From Nitrospirota bacterium (lineage in GTDB: Bacteria > Nitrospirota > UBA9217), in contig CAVUHW010000006.1 in the NCBI GenBank assembly GCA_963741205.1, positions 32,001 to 96,000 of the forward strand: DNA of 64,000 nucleotides. Direction: 5' to 3'. Both the position numbers and the translations under genes were made by a program. The notes below the pieces were generated by a model. That model made no database searches. It saw only the letters and a program-made list of their open reading frames with translations, and was not told the origin of the DNA. Positions 11,111-21,097 of the stretch are shown here, piece by piece; the first letter of the stretch is position 1, and each line of letters begins with the position of its first letter.

Positions 11111-12337
11111 GTGAAAGTCGACACGATGCGAAAAGTGGACTATTACGCCGGCGTGCCGCTCTGTTTCGTCGCGACGCTCGTCAAGAAACTGTTCGCGCTT
11201 TTTGCCGCCCGTCGTCCGGCGCCGTCCAGGCCGAAAAACATCCTGCTGATCGAACTTTCCGAAATGGGGAGCACGATCCTGGCGGACCCGATGATGCAAA
11301 AGCTGAAACGTGTTGCCGGTATTAACATCTATTTCGCAATCTTCAAGAAAAACAGCGAAAGCCTGAAACTCTTAGGGACGGTCCCTCCCGAGAATGTCTA
11401 TACCATCGATGAGTCGGGTTTGGTTCCGCTCATCAGGGATGCGTGCCGGTTCCCCCTCTGGACACGGCGCCGCCGCATTGATGCGGTCATCGACATGGAG
11501 CTTTTTTCCCGGTTTACCGCGCTCCTTACAGCGTCGTCCGGTGCGCAGCGCACCGTGGGGTTCCACGCTTTTTATCAGGAGGGGCTCTACCGCGGTGATT
11601 TTCTGACCCACAAGGTCGCCTATAACCCTCATCAGCACATTGCGAAGAATTTTATCGCCCTCGCGAACGCCTTGCTAAGCGAAAAACCCGAGCATCCTTT
11701 CTCGAAAACCGTTGTCGCGGACCAGGAAACGGAACTGCGGAAGGTCGTCATAACCGAAGCAGCGCGCGAGTCAATGCGCGGGAAAATCAGAGGGGCTTAT
11801 CCCAGCTACGACGGCAAACGGCACCGGATCATCCTTTTCAACGCCAATGCATCCGAGCTGCTTCCGATCCGCCGCTGGCCGAAGGAACATTACGTCCGCC
11901 TGGCAGGCATGATCCTGGATCTCTATGCCGATGTCGTCATCCTTCTTACGGGGGGCGCGGGCGAGCGCGCCTGGCTAGAAGCCCTTGTCTCGTCCGTTCA
12001 CTCCGAGCGGTGCGTAAACTTTGCAGGACAGACGGCCCTCACCGAGCTGCCTGCCCTTTATTCGTTGAGCGCCTTCATGCTCAGTAACGACTCCGGCCCG
12101 CCCCATTTTGCGTCGGTAACCGGCATGCCGACCTTCGTCTTTTTCGGTCCCGAAACCCCGCACCTCTACAGGCCGCTCGGCGACACGACGCCGCTCTATG
12201 CCGGGTTGGCATGCTCGCCCTGCGTTTCAGCGGCAAACCACCGCAAGACCGCGTGCGACGACAACGTCTGCCTGCAAATCATTTCTCCTGAGCAGGTCTT
12301 CGGCGCTCTCAAGCCGAAACTAGAGAGCACGTCGTGA
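11111..12337 (+). CDS. Glycosyltransferase family 9 (heptosyltransferase-like)
   Basis: LIELSEMGS, RRWPKEHY, SNDSGPPHFA, FFGPETP and C-terminal CSPC...C...C. Confidence 0.9.
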   Translation: MKVDTMRKVDYYAGVPLCFVATLVKKLFALFAARRPAPSRPKNILLIELSEMGSTILADPMMQKLKRVAGINIYFAIFKKNSESLKLLGTVPPENVYTIDESGLVPLIRDACRFPLWTRRRRIDAVIDMELFSRFTALLTASSGAQRTVGFHAFYQEGLYRGDFLTHKVAYNPHQHIAKNFIALANALLSEKPEHPFSKTVVADQETELRKVVITEAARESMRGKIRGAYPSYDGKRHRIILFNANASELLPIRRWPKEHYVRLAGMILDLYADVVILLTGGAGERAWLEALVSSVHSERCVNFAGQTALTELPALYSLSAFMLSNDSGPPHFASVTGMPTFVFFGPETPHLYRPLGDTTPLYAGLACSPCVSAANHRKTACDDNVCLQIISPEQVFGALKPKLESTS

Positions 12338-12487
12338 CTGTCTTCGTACGATTCAGAGAGCGGGGGCGTCGTCGGTCTTGTTCCTGAAAAAGGACAAAGG
12401 CAGGGTTGAAGAAGGAGGGGTAAAGCGTAAAGAACAGCTACAAAAGTCGGGGGGCGGCCGTAAAAAGCCGTTATGTCGAGCTTGGCC

Positions 12488-12612
12488 AAGCAATCTCGCC
12501 TTTGATAATTGCCGGAAAAATCGAATTGGGGAGCCTGTTCCGAACGACGCGAGAAATCTCGCTCCACGTTCCTTCGCTACGCTCAGGACCGCTCTGCTCC
12601 TCGCAAAGACGG
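12488..12612. repeat. Degenerate/composite REP-like palindromic remnant
   Basis: aagcaatctc, ccttcgctacgctcagg and ctcctcgcaaagacgg modules between convergent genes. Confidence 0.45.
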
Positions 12613-12640
12613 CCTAGAACAGTCTTTGCAAAACCCCCGA

Positions 12641-14506
12641 TCACGAGATCTGCGCCAGTTCGTTCAGTTGCTGGTCGAACTCCTGCGCCTTCGCGTCGTG
12701 CTCCGTCGTGACCGTCTCAAGCTCGGCAAAGAGTGTCTCGATCCTCGCCTTTGCCTCGTTCACGGACTGGGATAGCTGCCTGATGGTCAGGGCCTTGCCT
12801 TTGACCGATGCCTCGAGCAGTTCCTGCGTGTCGCGTTCTACGGCCTGCTCCAGCTTCGTTATTTCCACCTCGAGGGCCGCGATCCTGCTCTTGAGCGAGC
12901 TGAGGACCCGGGATTTGTCGGACACGATGCTGGAGCGCAGCTTCTTCGCGTCTTTTCTGTTTACATTCCTGCCGTCTTCCTGCTTCTTCGCTTTCTTGAC
13001 GCGCACGCCTCCCTCGTCGCTCCAGCCGACACGTTCGAGGAAGTCCAGGTACGTCCCTTCAAAGACCGACACGGCGTCGTTGTCGTAGACGATCAGCTTG
13101 GTCGCCACGGCCTCCAGGATCAGTTCGCTGTGCGTCACGATGATGACCGCGCCGTCGAACGCATCGATTGCCTCGATCAGGGAATCGATGGACTCCATAT
13201 CGAGGTGGTTCGTCGGCTCGTCGAGCATGAGGAGGTTCGCGGGCGAGACCAGGAGCTTGCCCAGGAGCACCCGGCTTTTCTCTCCGCCCGACAGCACGCT
13301 CACCTTCTTGAGCGCGTTATCGCCTTCGAACATCATGAGCCCGCAGATCGCGCGCGACTCTCCCTGGGCATGGTCCGGGTGCGCATCCATGATCTCCTGG
13401 AGCGCGGTCTTTTCGGGACGCAGCCGGTTGATGTTCGTCTGGCCGAAGTAGGCGATCCTGGTATTCGGGTGGAGCTTCACGTCTCCGCGGGTGGGCGACA
13501 TTTCACGCGCCAGCAGGTTCAGGAGCGTGGTCTTTCCCTTGCCGTTCTTTCCGATCACGGCGATGCGGTCCTTCTTGCCGACGGCGAAGGAAAGCCCGTC
13601 GATCAGCTTGGGCTCGTCTCGGGAAAATCCGAACGACAGGTCTTCCACGGTCATGAGCCATTTGGCTTCAAAGGGCGCGGACCGAAACTTGAAATCGAGC
13701 GTTCTTATCTCGTCGAGCTTGTCGAGCTTCTCGTGCCGGGCAAGCGCCTTGATGCGCGACTGGACCGCGCTGGCCTTGGTGGCCTGGGCGCGGAAGCGGT
13801 TGATGAACTGCTCGACCTCTTTTCGCTTTTTCTCGTCGTTCTGGCGGGTCTTTTCGTAGATCTCTTCTTCCAAGAGGATCTGGTCGTAGAGCTTCTGGGT
13901 GCCGCCCGCCACCTTGCGCATCTTGCAGCGGTGGATGATCATGGTATGGGTCGTGACGCTGTCCATAAAGTCGCGGTCGTGGGTGATGATGATGAGTTCG
14001 TTCCTCCAGGCGCGCAGGAACTGCGTAAGCCACCGGACCGAGACGATGTCCAGGTAGTTCGTGGGCTCGTCAAGCAGAAGGAGATTGCAGTCCGAGACGA
14101 GCACTTTGGCGAGGTTCAGCCGCACCTGATAACCGCCTGAAAGCGACGAGGGTGGACGGTCGAAGTCGTCGTTCGTGAACCCAAGCCCGTGCAGGATCGC
14201 TTCGGCCTTGTAGGTCTCGTCGATATGGTCCTCGTTTTTCGGGAGTGCGAGGCAAGCTTCCTTGATCACCGTCTCCTCGGTGAAATGGATATGCTGGGAC
14301 AGATGGCCGATGGTGTAGCCCGAGGGAGTCGTGATCGTGCCGGCATCCTGGTGCTCTTCACCGAGGATCATGCGGAAAAGCGTGGATTTTCCGTGGCCGT
14401 TCCGGCCGACGAGCCCCACGCGCTCGCGCGGATTGACGGTAAAGCCGACGCCGTCAAAGAGCACCTGCTTTCCATAGGATTTTTCGATGTTCGTGACCTG
14501 GAGCAT
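12641..14506 (-). CDS. ABC-F family ATPase
   Basis: Two NBDs (GRNGHGKST/LSGG/LLLDEPTN and GKNGKGKTT/LSGGEK/LDEPTNHLD), no TM, C-terminal coiled coil. Confidence 0.95.
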   Translation of the reverse strand: MLQVTNIEKSYGKQVLFDGVGFTVNPRERVGLVGRNGHGKSTLFRMILGEEHQDAGTITTPSGYTIGHLSQHIHFTEETVIKEACLALPKNEDHIDETYKAEAILHGLGFTNDDFDRPPSSLSGGYQVRLNLAKVLVSDCNLLLLDEPTNYLDIVSVRWLTQFLRAWRNELIIITHDRDFMDSVTTHTMIIHRCKMRKVAGGTQKLYDQILLEEEIYEKTRQNDEKKRKEVEQFINRFRAQATKASAVQSRIKALARHEKLDKLDEIRTLDFKFRSAPFEAKWLMTVEDLSFGFSRDEPKLIDGLSFAVGKKDRIAVIGKNGKGKTTLLNLLAREMSPTRGDVKLHPNTRIAYFGQTNINRLRPEKTALQEIMDAHPDHAQGESRAICGLMMFEGDNALKKVSVLSGGEKSRVLLGKLLVSPANLLMLDEPTNHLDMESIDSLIEAIDAFDGAVIIVTHSELILEAVATKLIVYDNDAVSVFEGTYLDFLERVGWSDEGGVRVKKAKKQEDGRNVNRKDAKKLRSSIVSDKSRVLSSLKSRIAALEVEITKLEQAVERDTQELLEASVKGKALTIRQLSQSVNEAKARIETLFAELETVTTEHDAKAQEFDQQLNELAQIS

Positions 14507-14757
14507 TTTACTGACCTTAAAGCCTCTCGCTCATCATTCCCCCCGGCTTCAATCATGCCGGGCAGGCCCGCGAGGGACGCCGTTCTTAATGATGAAAACA
14601 TGTCGCCGGGAGAATTATCGGGAATGGCATAAGATTTAACAACAATTGGTAATAATAACGCAGGAGAAGAGAGATGGCAAATGGTTTTTTTCGGATAAGA
14701 TTACAGCGAACCGCAATGGCTTTGGAATGTGCCTGATTTGAAGGACCTCTGCGGATA

Positions 14758-16016
14758 TCATTCGCTTTTCACGTCCCCGATGGACGGTTCCGCGGCCCTT
14801 TCCGGAGAGCTCATTTCCTTCCGGCGGGCCCGCGAAATTTCGACAGCGATGGCCGCGGCCTCTTCGGCCGGCAGACCTTCCGTGCGCCGCAGGTACTCCG
14901 CCTACGCTGAGGTCATCCTTTCTCCGCAGTTTCATGCCCTGGATCTGTTCCGGCTCGCCCGGCAGCCCGCCGCCAAATTCCTCGATGAGCATCCGTATCG
15001 TTGCAGCTACCGGCAGCGCGAGAAACGCCCCCATGACTCCCATCAGGGCTGCGCCCGCGAGGAGCGAAAAAAGAATGACGGACGAAGGGAGGCGCATCGC
15101 CCGACCGTAAATCCGGGGCACGAGAACGCGGCTTTCGAACTCCTCGTAGGCGAGCATCAGGACGAGAACGATGATGGTGACGGCCGGGCCCTGGGTGAGG
15201 GTAGCCAGGACCGTGGGGCCCATCGAGAGGAAGACGCCGATGTACGGCAGAACGTCCGCGAGGCCGGCAAACACCGCGATCGCCAACGCGTTCGGCACCC
15301 TGAACGCCGTCAGGAGGACAAACACGAAGGCTGTCATCAGCGCGGACGTGATCATCTGACCGAGAATGTATCCGCCGACGATCGTCTCCATGTTCCACAG
15401 GATATGGGAGAGGCGGATGTGGTGTGAGCGGGGTACGACCGCGTAGAGCCCTCCCCGAAGGCGATTGCGATCGATCATCATATAAAGCGCGAGAAAAAAG
15501 GCGCCCGCGCTGTACGCGAAGATCTCGGCGATCCGCGACGAGTAAGAGAATAGCGTCATGGCGGCGGTCTTCGCCAGGACGTCGTAGTGCATCTCGCCGC
15601 AGGGCATCCGCGAAGGGGGCCGTCAGAGGGGAAACGGCGAGAAAGTCGACAACGCGCGCCCGCAGCACCGGCTCCTGCTCGATCAGGTTCGCCGCCTGTT
15701 GCAGGAGCGCCGGCATCGGCAGGGTGATGATGAGAACGGCGATGACCACGAAAGAAATAAAAACGATCGCGATGCCTGCGCCCCTGCGCACGCGGTGCAT
15801 CATGAAGCCAGCGGACCACCGGACTCATGGTGCCGACGATGATAAGTGCCATGATGAGCGACGAGAACGACGGGCAGGAGCCGGATCAAAACCCATACGC
15901 CGGCTGCAAAGAGCACGATCAGCATCATGGTCGAGAGCGATAGATCGATGGTGTACGACTGTCTTCCTGCGGCGGTCTCTCGGCTGCGGCGCTTCGTTTT
16001 TATGCTGCGGAATCAC
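14758..16016 (-). CDS. AI-2E family transporter, multiply frameshifted
   Basis: Fragments in several frames with AGLADVLPYIG, ESRVLVPRIYG and GVMGAFLALPVAA motifs. Confidence 0.75.
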
Positions 16017-16306
16017 CGTGATACCTCTAATGCAAAAGGATTATTTAATATTTGTCCACTAATTCAATTTTATCATAATCGTGCCATCAGAGACGTCCAT
16101 GCATAAACCCTGTACACGATAAATCGTGATCAGAAAAAAAGCAATACGTAATAGTGATGGACCCGAAAAGGCGGCACAGGGGGTAAACAGAGAAAAGCCC
16201 GTTGAATAATGAAAAAATATCTCAATGTGACTTCCTCTGTCCAGCACCCTTTGAGTCTCTGGGCGGGCTGCAATGCAGGCGGGAATGACGACTTTGATGA
16301 CGGGCT

Positions 16307-16666
16307 TTACAGCACTTCTTCATCCTCTTTGCGCCAGGCGGGATCGACGATGCAGATGAACGCGAGGTCTTTTTTTCCTGAATTCGTGATGCACTGCCTT
16401 GCCATGGGCGGGATGTACACGGTCGAACCGGAACGGACGGGCGAGGACTCTCCGTTGATGTGCATGACGCCTTCGCCTTCGATGATATAGTAGACCTCCG
16501 AGGTCCGAAGCCGGTGCTCCCAGGTCGTATCGCCGGGTTTTACGACCGCATGCGCAAGGCTGTAACGAAGGGCGAGGTCCTCCTTGGCCGGGTGCAGAAT
16601 CTCGCGCAGGACGCAGTTGTCTCCGGCGATGAATTCGGGGCAGTCGTTCAATTCGCGGATGAACAT
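16307..16666 (-). CDS. Cupin-domain protein
   Basis: H.L..SEVYYIIEGEG...VYIPP...Q cupin motif; RBS GGAGG. Confidence 0.9.
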   Translation of the reverse strand: MFIRELNDCPEFIAGDNCVLREILHPAKEDLALRYSLAHAVVKPGDTTWEHRLRTSEVYYIIEGEGVMHINGESSPVRSGSTVYIPPMARQCITNSGKKDLAFICIVDPAWRKEDEEVL

Positions 16667-16875
16667 ATACCTCCTTCAATTCTCTGCCTCGAGACGCTGG
16701 TCTGTTCAAACCGGTTCAAGAATCTCGCTTCATCGACTTGTAGCATCAGGAATCGGCTTCACGGCATCACTTTAGCACATGCCAAAGAATTTATAAAAGG
16801 AACTTGACCGTGCCGCTTCTTGACTCACGCATGCTGTTGCAGTACAATCACCAATCCTTCGGGAACTATGCGATC

Positions 16876-17664
16876 ATGAATCAGGCAGATCTTACCTCAC
16901 TCAAAAACTGGTTTGCCGGCTATAGCGCCTCCTTTGCCACGCCCATCCCAGAAGACCAGCGGAACATCGCTATCAAGCAGGACCACACCTACGAGGTCTG
17001 CCGAAACGCCCTGCGGATCGCCCGTGACCTCGGGCTTGGCGAAGAGGAAACGCTCCTCGCCGAGGCGGTCGCCCTGCTCCATGATGTGGGCAGATTTTCC
17101 CAGTATGAGCAGTACAGAACCTTCGATGACAGCATCTCGGTGAACCATGCGGCCCTCGGAGTAAAAGTGCTCCTGGAGAAGGACGTGCTCCAGGGGCTGC
17201 CGATGCGGGACCGGGACTTGATCGTCCATGCCATAACCCTTCACAATGTCTTTTCCCTCCCGAAGAAACTCGATCCCTTGACACTGCTGTTCGCCAGGCT
17301 GGTCCGCGACGCGGATAAACTCGATATCATGCGGGTGGTGATCGACTTCTTTGGGCAGGATAAAGAGAGCAGGGCAGAGGCCGTGGCGATCGGGCTGCCG
17401 GACGAGCCCGGGTATTCGCGCGCAGTCCTGGCTTGTCTCGCGAGGGGGGAGATGGCTAAAAAGTCCGACCTCACGACCTTGAACGACTTCAAGCTGCTTC
17501 AGCTCGCCTGGCTGTATGACCTTAATTTTACCTCCTCGCTGCGGGTGGTGCTGGAGCGGCGGTATATCGACAGGCTGGCCGGCCTGCTGCCGGACACCGG
17601 TGAAATCAGGCAGGCCATCTCCATTGTCCGGGCCTCCGTGGACAAGAGGCTGCGGGCGGGCTGA
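16876..17664 (+). CDS. HD-domain phosphohydrolase
   Basis: KQDHT, ALLHDVGRF, SVNHA, VRDADKLDI. Confidence 0.9.
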   Translation: MNQADLTSLKNWFAGYSASFATPIPEDQRNIAIKQDHTYEVCRNALRIARDLGLGEEETLLAEAVALLHDVGRFSQYEQYRTFDDSISVNHAALGVKVLLEKDVLQGLPMRDRDLIVHAITLHNVFSLPKKLDPLTLLFARLVRDADKLDIMRVVIDFFGQDKESRAEAVAIGLPDEPGYSRAVLACLARGEMAKKSDLTTLNDFKLLQLAWLYDLNFTSSLRVVLERRYIDRLAGLLPDTGEIRQAISIVRASVDKRLRAG

Positions 17665-17697
17665 CAGCCCCGCGTGGGGGAGAAACCAAAATTTGGC

Positions 17698-17727
17698 TTT
17701 ACTCCGCACCGACTAATTTGGTAAGAT
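17698..17727 (+). promoter_or_regulatory. Putative sigma70 promoter upstream of a ~200-nt leader
   Basis: TTTACT-N18-TAAGAT with extended TG. Confidence 0.4.
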
Positions 17728-17931
17728 GAAAGTTCTATCTAAACCGATTCACAACAGAGCCAAGTTTCCGTCACTCACGAATGCACTAACGGCAGAATCC
17801 AGTTCTCTGGACACTACAAGCTAAATCAAAGCTCGCTGGATTCACGAGCTCCGTACCCTGCTGGAATCGATGCATGAACGGAAATAGTACTGCGTAGAGC
17901 TACTGATCAAAGGCGTATACAAAGGAGCATC

Positions 17932-19234
17932 ATGAGAAACAACATCGTTTCACTCGGCGCCGACGAGCTCAAGTACGAGATCCGGGAGATCGTAGCCGTT
18001 GCCAAGGAATTCGCAAAACTGGGGATCGAGATCAACTGGGAGAATATCGGCGACCCGGTGCAGAAGGGGGAGAAAGCTCCCGGACTGGATCAAGGATATC
18101 ATCACCAGCATGATGAAGGAGGACCTGACCTACGCCTACTCGCCCACGAAAGGCCTCGACGCGACGCGGGAGTACCTGGCCCTGAAGGCGAACAAAAACG
18201 GCCTCGTCAAGATCACGAAGGAGGACATCATCTTCTTCAACGGCCTGGGCGACGCGATCAGCAAGGTCTACGGACAGCTCCGCAAGGAATACCGCGTCAT
18301 CGGCCCCAGCCCGGCCTACAGCACCCACTCGTCGGCGGAGGCCTCGCACGCGGGTTCGGAATATGTCTCCTACCGGCTCGATCCGAACAATCACTGGTAC
18401 CCGGACCTCACCGACCTCAGGATGAAGGTGAAGTACAATCCGTCCATTTCGGGCATCCTGGTCATCAACCCGGACAACCCCACGGGCGCGGTCTACCCGC
18501 GGGAGGTCCTTCTCGAAATCGTGGCCATCGCGAAGGAATATGACCTTTTCGTGGTCTGTGACGAGATCTACATCAACCTTACCTACAACGGGACAAAGTC
18601 GGTCCCGCTGGCCGACGTGATCAACGGCGTGTGCGGCATCTCCATGAAAGGCATCTCGAAGGAGCTCCCCTGGCCCGGCGCGCGGTGCGGATGGATCGAG
18701 GTCTACAACGCGGACAAGGACCCCGTCTTCGCGAAATACATCAAGAGCATCGTGGACGACAAGATGCTCGAGGTCTGTTCCACCACGCTTCCCCAGAGGG
18801 TGATCCCCTCCATCATGGGCGACCCCCGGTACGAGGGGCATATCGCCCACCGGAACGCGGTGTATGAAAAAAGATCGCGCATTGCCTTCGGGTTCCTGAA
18901 GGACATCACGGGCATCATCGTCAACCAGACGAACGGGGCTTTCTATATGACGGTGATGTTCAGGGAGAACGTGCTGACCCCGAACCAGAGGCTCTCTATC
19001 GCGAATGCCGGGGCAAAAGAGATGGCGGAGCGGCTCGTCAAGGACGTGGCGCTCGACAAGCGGTTCGTCTACTATCTCCTGGCTGCAACAGGCATCTGCG
19101 TGGTGCCATTGACCGGATTCAACTGCGATCTTCGGGGTTTCCGCGTAACGCTCCTCGAATCGGACGACGCGAAGTTCGAATGGATCTTCAAGACGCTGGG
19201 CGAGAAGATCACCGAATATTTGCAGAGTGAGTAA
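17932..19234 (+). CDS. PLP-dependent class I/II aminotransferase (AlaA-like); frameshift near 18075
   Basis: LKYEIRE, ENIGDP, INPDNPTGAVY, DEIY, GISKELPWPGARCGW. Confidence 0.9.
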
Positions 19235-19326
19235 TCCGACATTTCTCTTGATTTTTCCTCCCGATCGTAAGATAATGGCCGCCTTGATGCACCACTATTA
19301 CACCACATCTTAAGGAGGTTCCATTC

Positions 19327-19980
19327 ATGCGTATCATCTTATTAGGCGCGCCGGGCGCGGGCAAGGGCACGGTGGCGAAGCTTTTGACGCAGCTCGAAGG
19401 CTCGGTGCAGATCTCGACGGGCGATATCCTGCGCGGCGCGGTGAAGGCCGGCACGCCGCTCGGCAAAGAGGCGCAGGGCTACATGGACCGGGGCGACCTG
19501 GTCCCCGATTCGCTCATCATGGGGATCATGGAGCAACGACTCCAGGAGAAGGATTGCCAGAAGGGCTTCCTCCTCGATGGGTTTCCGAGGACCATCCCGC
19601 AGGCCGATGCATTGGGCGCGCTTTTGAAGAAGCTCAACATCAAGCTCGACCTCGTGGCGAACATCGATGTGCCCCGTGACGTGATTTTGGACCGCCTGAC
19701 GACCCGCCGGACCTGCTCCAATTCGTCCTGCCAGGAGATCTACAACATAAAGAGCAACCCGCCGGCGCCGGGCGACAAGTGCAAGAAGTGCGGAAGCCCG
19801 ACGATCCAGCGCGCGGACGAGACCGTGGAGGCCATTTCCAAGAGGTTGGATGTTTACAATGAAAAGACCGCGCCCCTGATCGGCTACTACGACAAGAAGG
19901 GCATGCTGCTCACCATTAAGGAAACGAGCAGCGACGGCGTGGTCAATGCGATCAAGAAGGGGATTGCGGCGAAGAAGTGA
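19327..19980 (+). CDS. adk: Adenylate kinase (zinc-type LID)
   Basis: LLGAPGAGKGT, ISTGDILR, LDGFPRT; LID CSNSSC...CKKC. Confidence 0.97.
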   Translation: MRIILLGAPGAGKGTVAKLLTQLEGSVQISTGDILRGAVKAGTPLGKEAQGYMDRGDLVPDSLIMGIMEQRLQEKDCQKGFLLDGFPRTIPQADALGALLKKLNIKLDLVANIDVPRDVILDRLTTRRTCSNSSCQEIYNIKSNPPAPGDKCKKCGSPTIQRADETVEAISKRLDVYNEKTAPLIGYYDKKGMLLTIKETSSDGVVNAIKKGIAAKK

Positions 19981-20072
19981 CGGGTTCATCGTCACCCAGA
20001 ACAAAGCGAAGGGTCTGTTCAGCGGAAAGCGGAGCAGGTATTCTGAGCAGAACGAAATACAACAACAAACGC

Positions 20073-20103
20073 AAAAAGGCGGGATTTATCCCGCCTTTTC
20101 TTT
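20073..20103. terminator. Bidirectional intrinsic terminator
   Basis: aaaaaggcggga-ttta-tcccgccttttcttt between convergent genes. Confidence 0.85.
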
Positions 20104-20130
20104 TACCATTTTTGTAAACAACGTGCCGGC

Positions 20131-20949
20131 CTAAGTATATTCGTCATGTTCATCCCCGTAAACAGCATGGATGATCTCCCAGGCCGTCTCCTCGATGGAC
20201 TTGTTCGTCGTATCGACGATTTTCCAGGCCCTATGCTTCTTGACAAGGTCCCAGATATACTCGACCTCTTCAAAGACTTTTTTTAAGTCGCTGTAGCTGG
20301 GCTTGAGACCGAACTTTTTCTGACGGACCTTCCTCACCTTCTGGAGGACTGCGGCGTCGATGTTGAGACAGACGATCTTGTGCTGGTCGATTTCCTCGAG
20401 CTCTTCCGGCAAGTCGATTCCCGGAACAATAGGGACATTCGCGACCTTATAACCCTCCTGGGCGAGAAAGAAAGACGTCGGCGTCTTGGAGGTCCGCGAG
20501 AGACCGACGATGACGATGTCGGCGTCCTTCAGGCGCGCGGTGTCCCTGCCGTCGTCGTGATCAACCGTGAACTCGATCGCATCGATACGTTTAAAGTACC
20601 GCTCATCGACCTTTCTCAAGAGGCTCGGGGTTTCGAGCGGTTCGAGCCGCAGATAGGAAGAGAGGTTGTTTATGAGCGGGCCCAGGATGTCGAGATGGAA
20701 GATTTCGTGCTTCCGGCAATACGCGCTGGCAAGGGACCTCATCCCTTTTTTCACGAACGTAAAGGCTATGAGGGCCTTGGCTTGCCGGGCCTGGTCGAGA
20801 ATCCTGTTGAGGCCGGCCTTTGAATCGATATCGTGGAAGACCATAATTTTTGCATTTGCGTGATCGAACTGCACCAGTGCCGCCCTCAGGATGTGCAAGG
20901 CGCTCTGGCCGGTGGCATCGGATATGATATAGATCGTCTTCTTGGTCAT
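20131..20949 (-). CDS. Pyruvate phosphate dikinase / PEP synthase regulatory kinase-pyrophosphorylase (DUF299)
   Basis: ISDATGQSA, YFKRIDAIEF...HDDG, GLSRTSKTPTS, TTNKSIEETA. Confidence 0.92.
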   Translation of the reverse strand: MTKKTIYIISDATGQSALHILRAALVQFDHANAKIMVFHDIDSKAGLNRILDQARQAKALIAFTFVKKGMRSLASAYCRKHEIFHLDILGPLINNLSSYLRLEPLETPSLLRKVDERYFKRIDAIEFTVDHDDGRDTARLKDADIVIVGLSRTSKTPTSFFLAQEGYKVANVPIVPGIDLPEELEEIDQHKIVCLNIDAAVLQKVRKVRQKKFGLKPSYSDLKKVFEEVEYIWDLVKKHRAWKIVDTTNKSIEETAWEIIHAVYGDEHDEYT

Positions 20950-21012
20950 TTTATTCTCCCTCTCGTATCAAAAGAATATCATAAAACCTCGTAAAAAGCA
21001 GCGTGGATTGTA

Positions 21013-21076
21013 ATGATCTCAATCACCGTTGTCATGACACAAATCATATGCTTCCGCCGTCCGCCCGTGCTATAGT
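21013..21076 (+). promoter_or_regulatory. Tandem Crp/Fnr-like boxes plus extended -10
   Basis: aTGATctcaATCAc (21013-21026), aTGACacaaATCAt (21034-21047) and TGcTATAGT (21068-21076). Confidence 0.55.
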
Positions 21077-21097
21077 TGATAAAAAAAGGAGGCAGCC

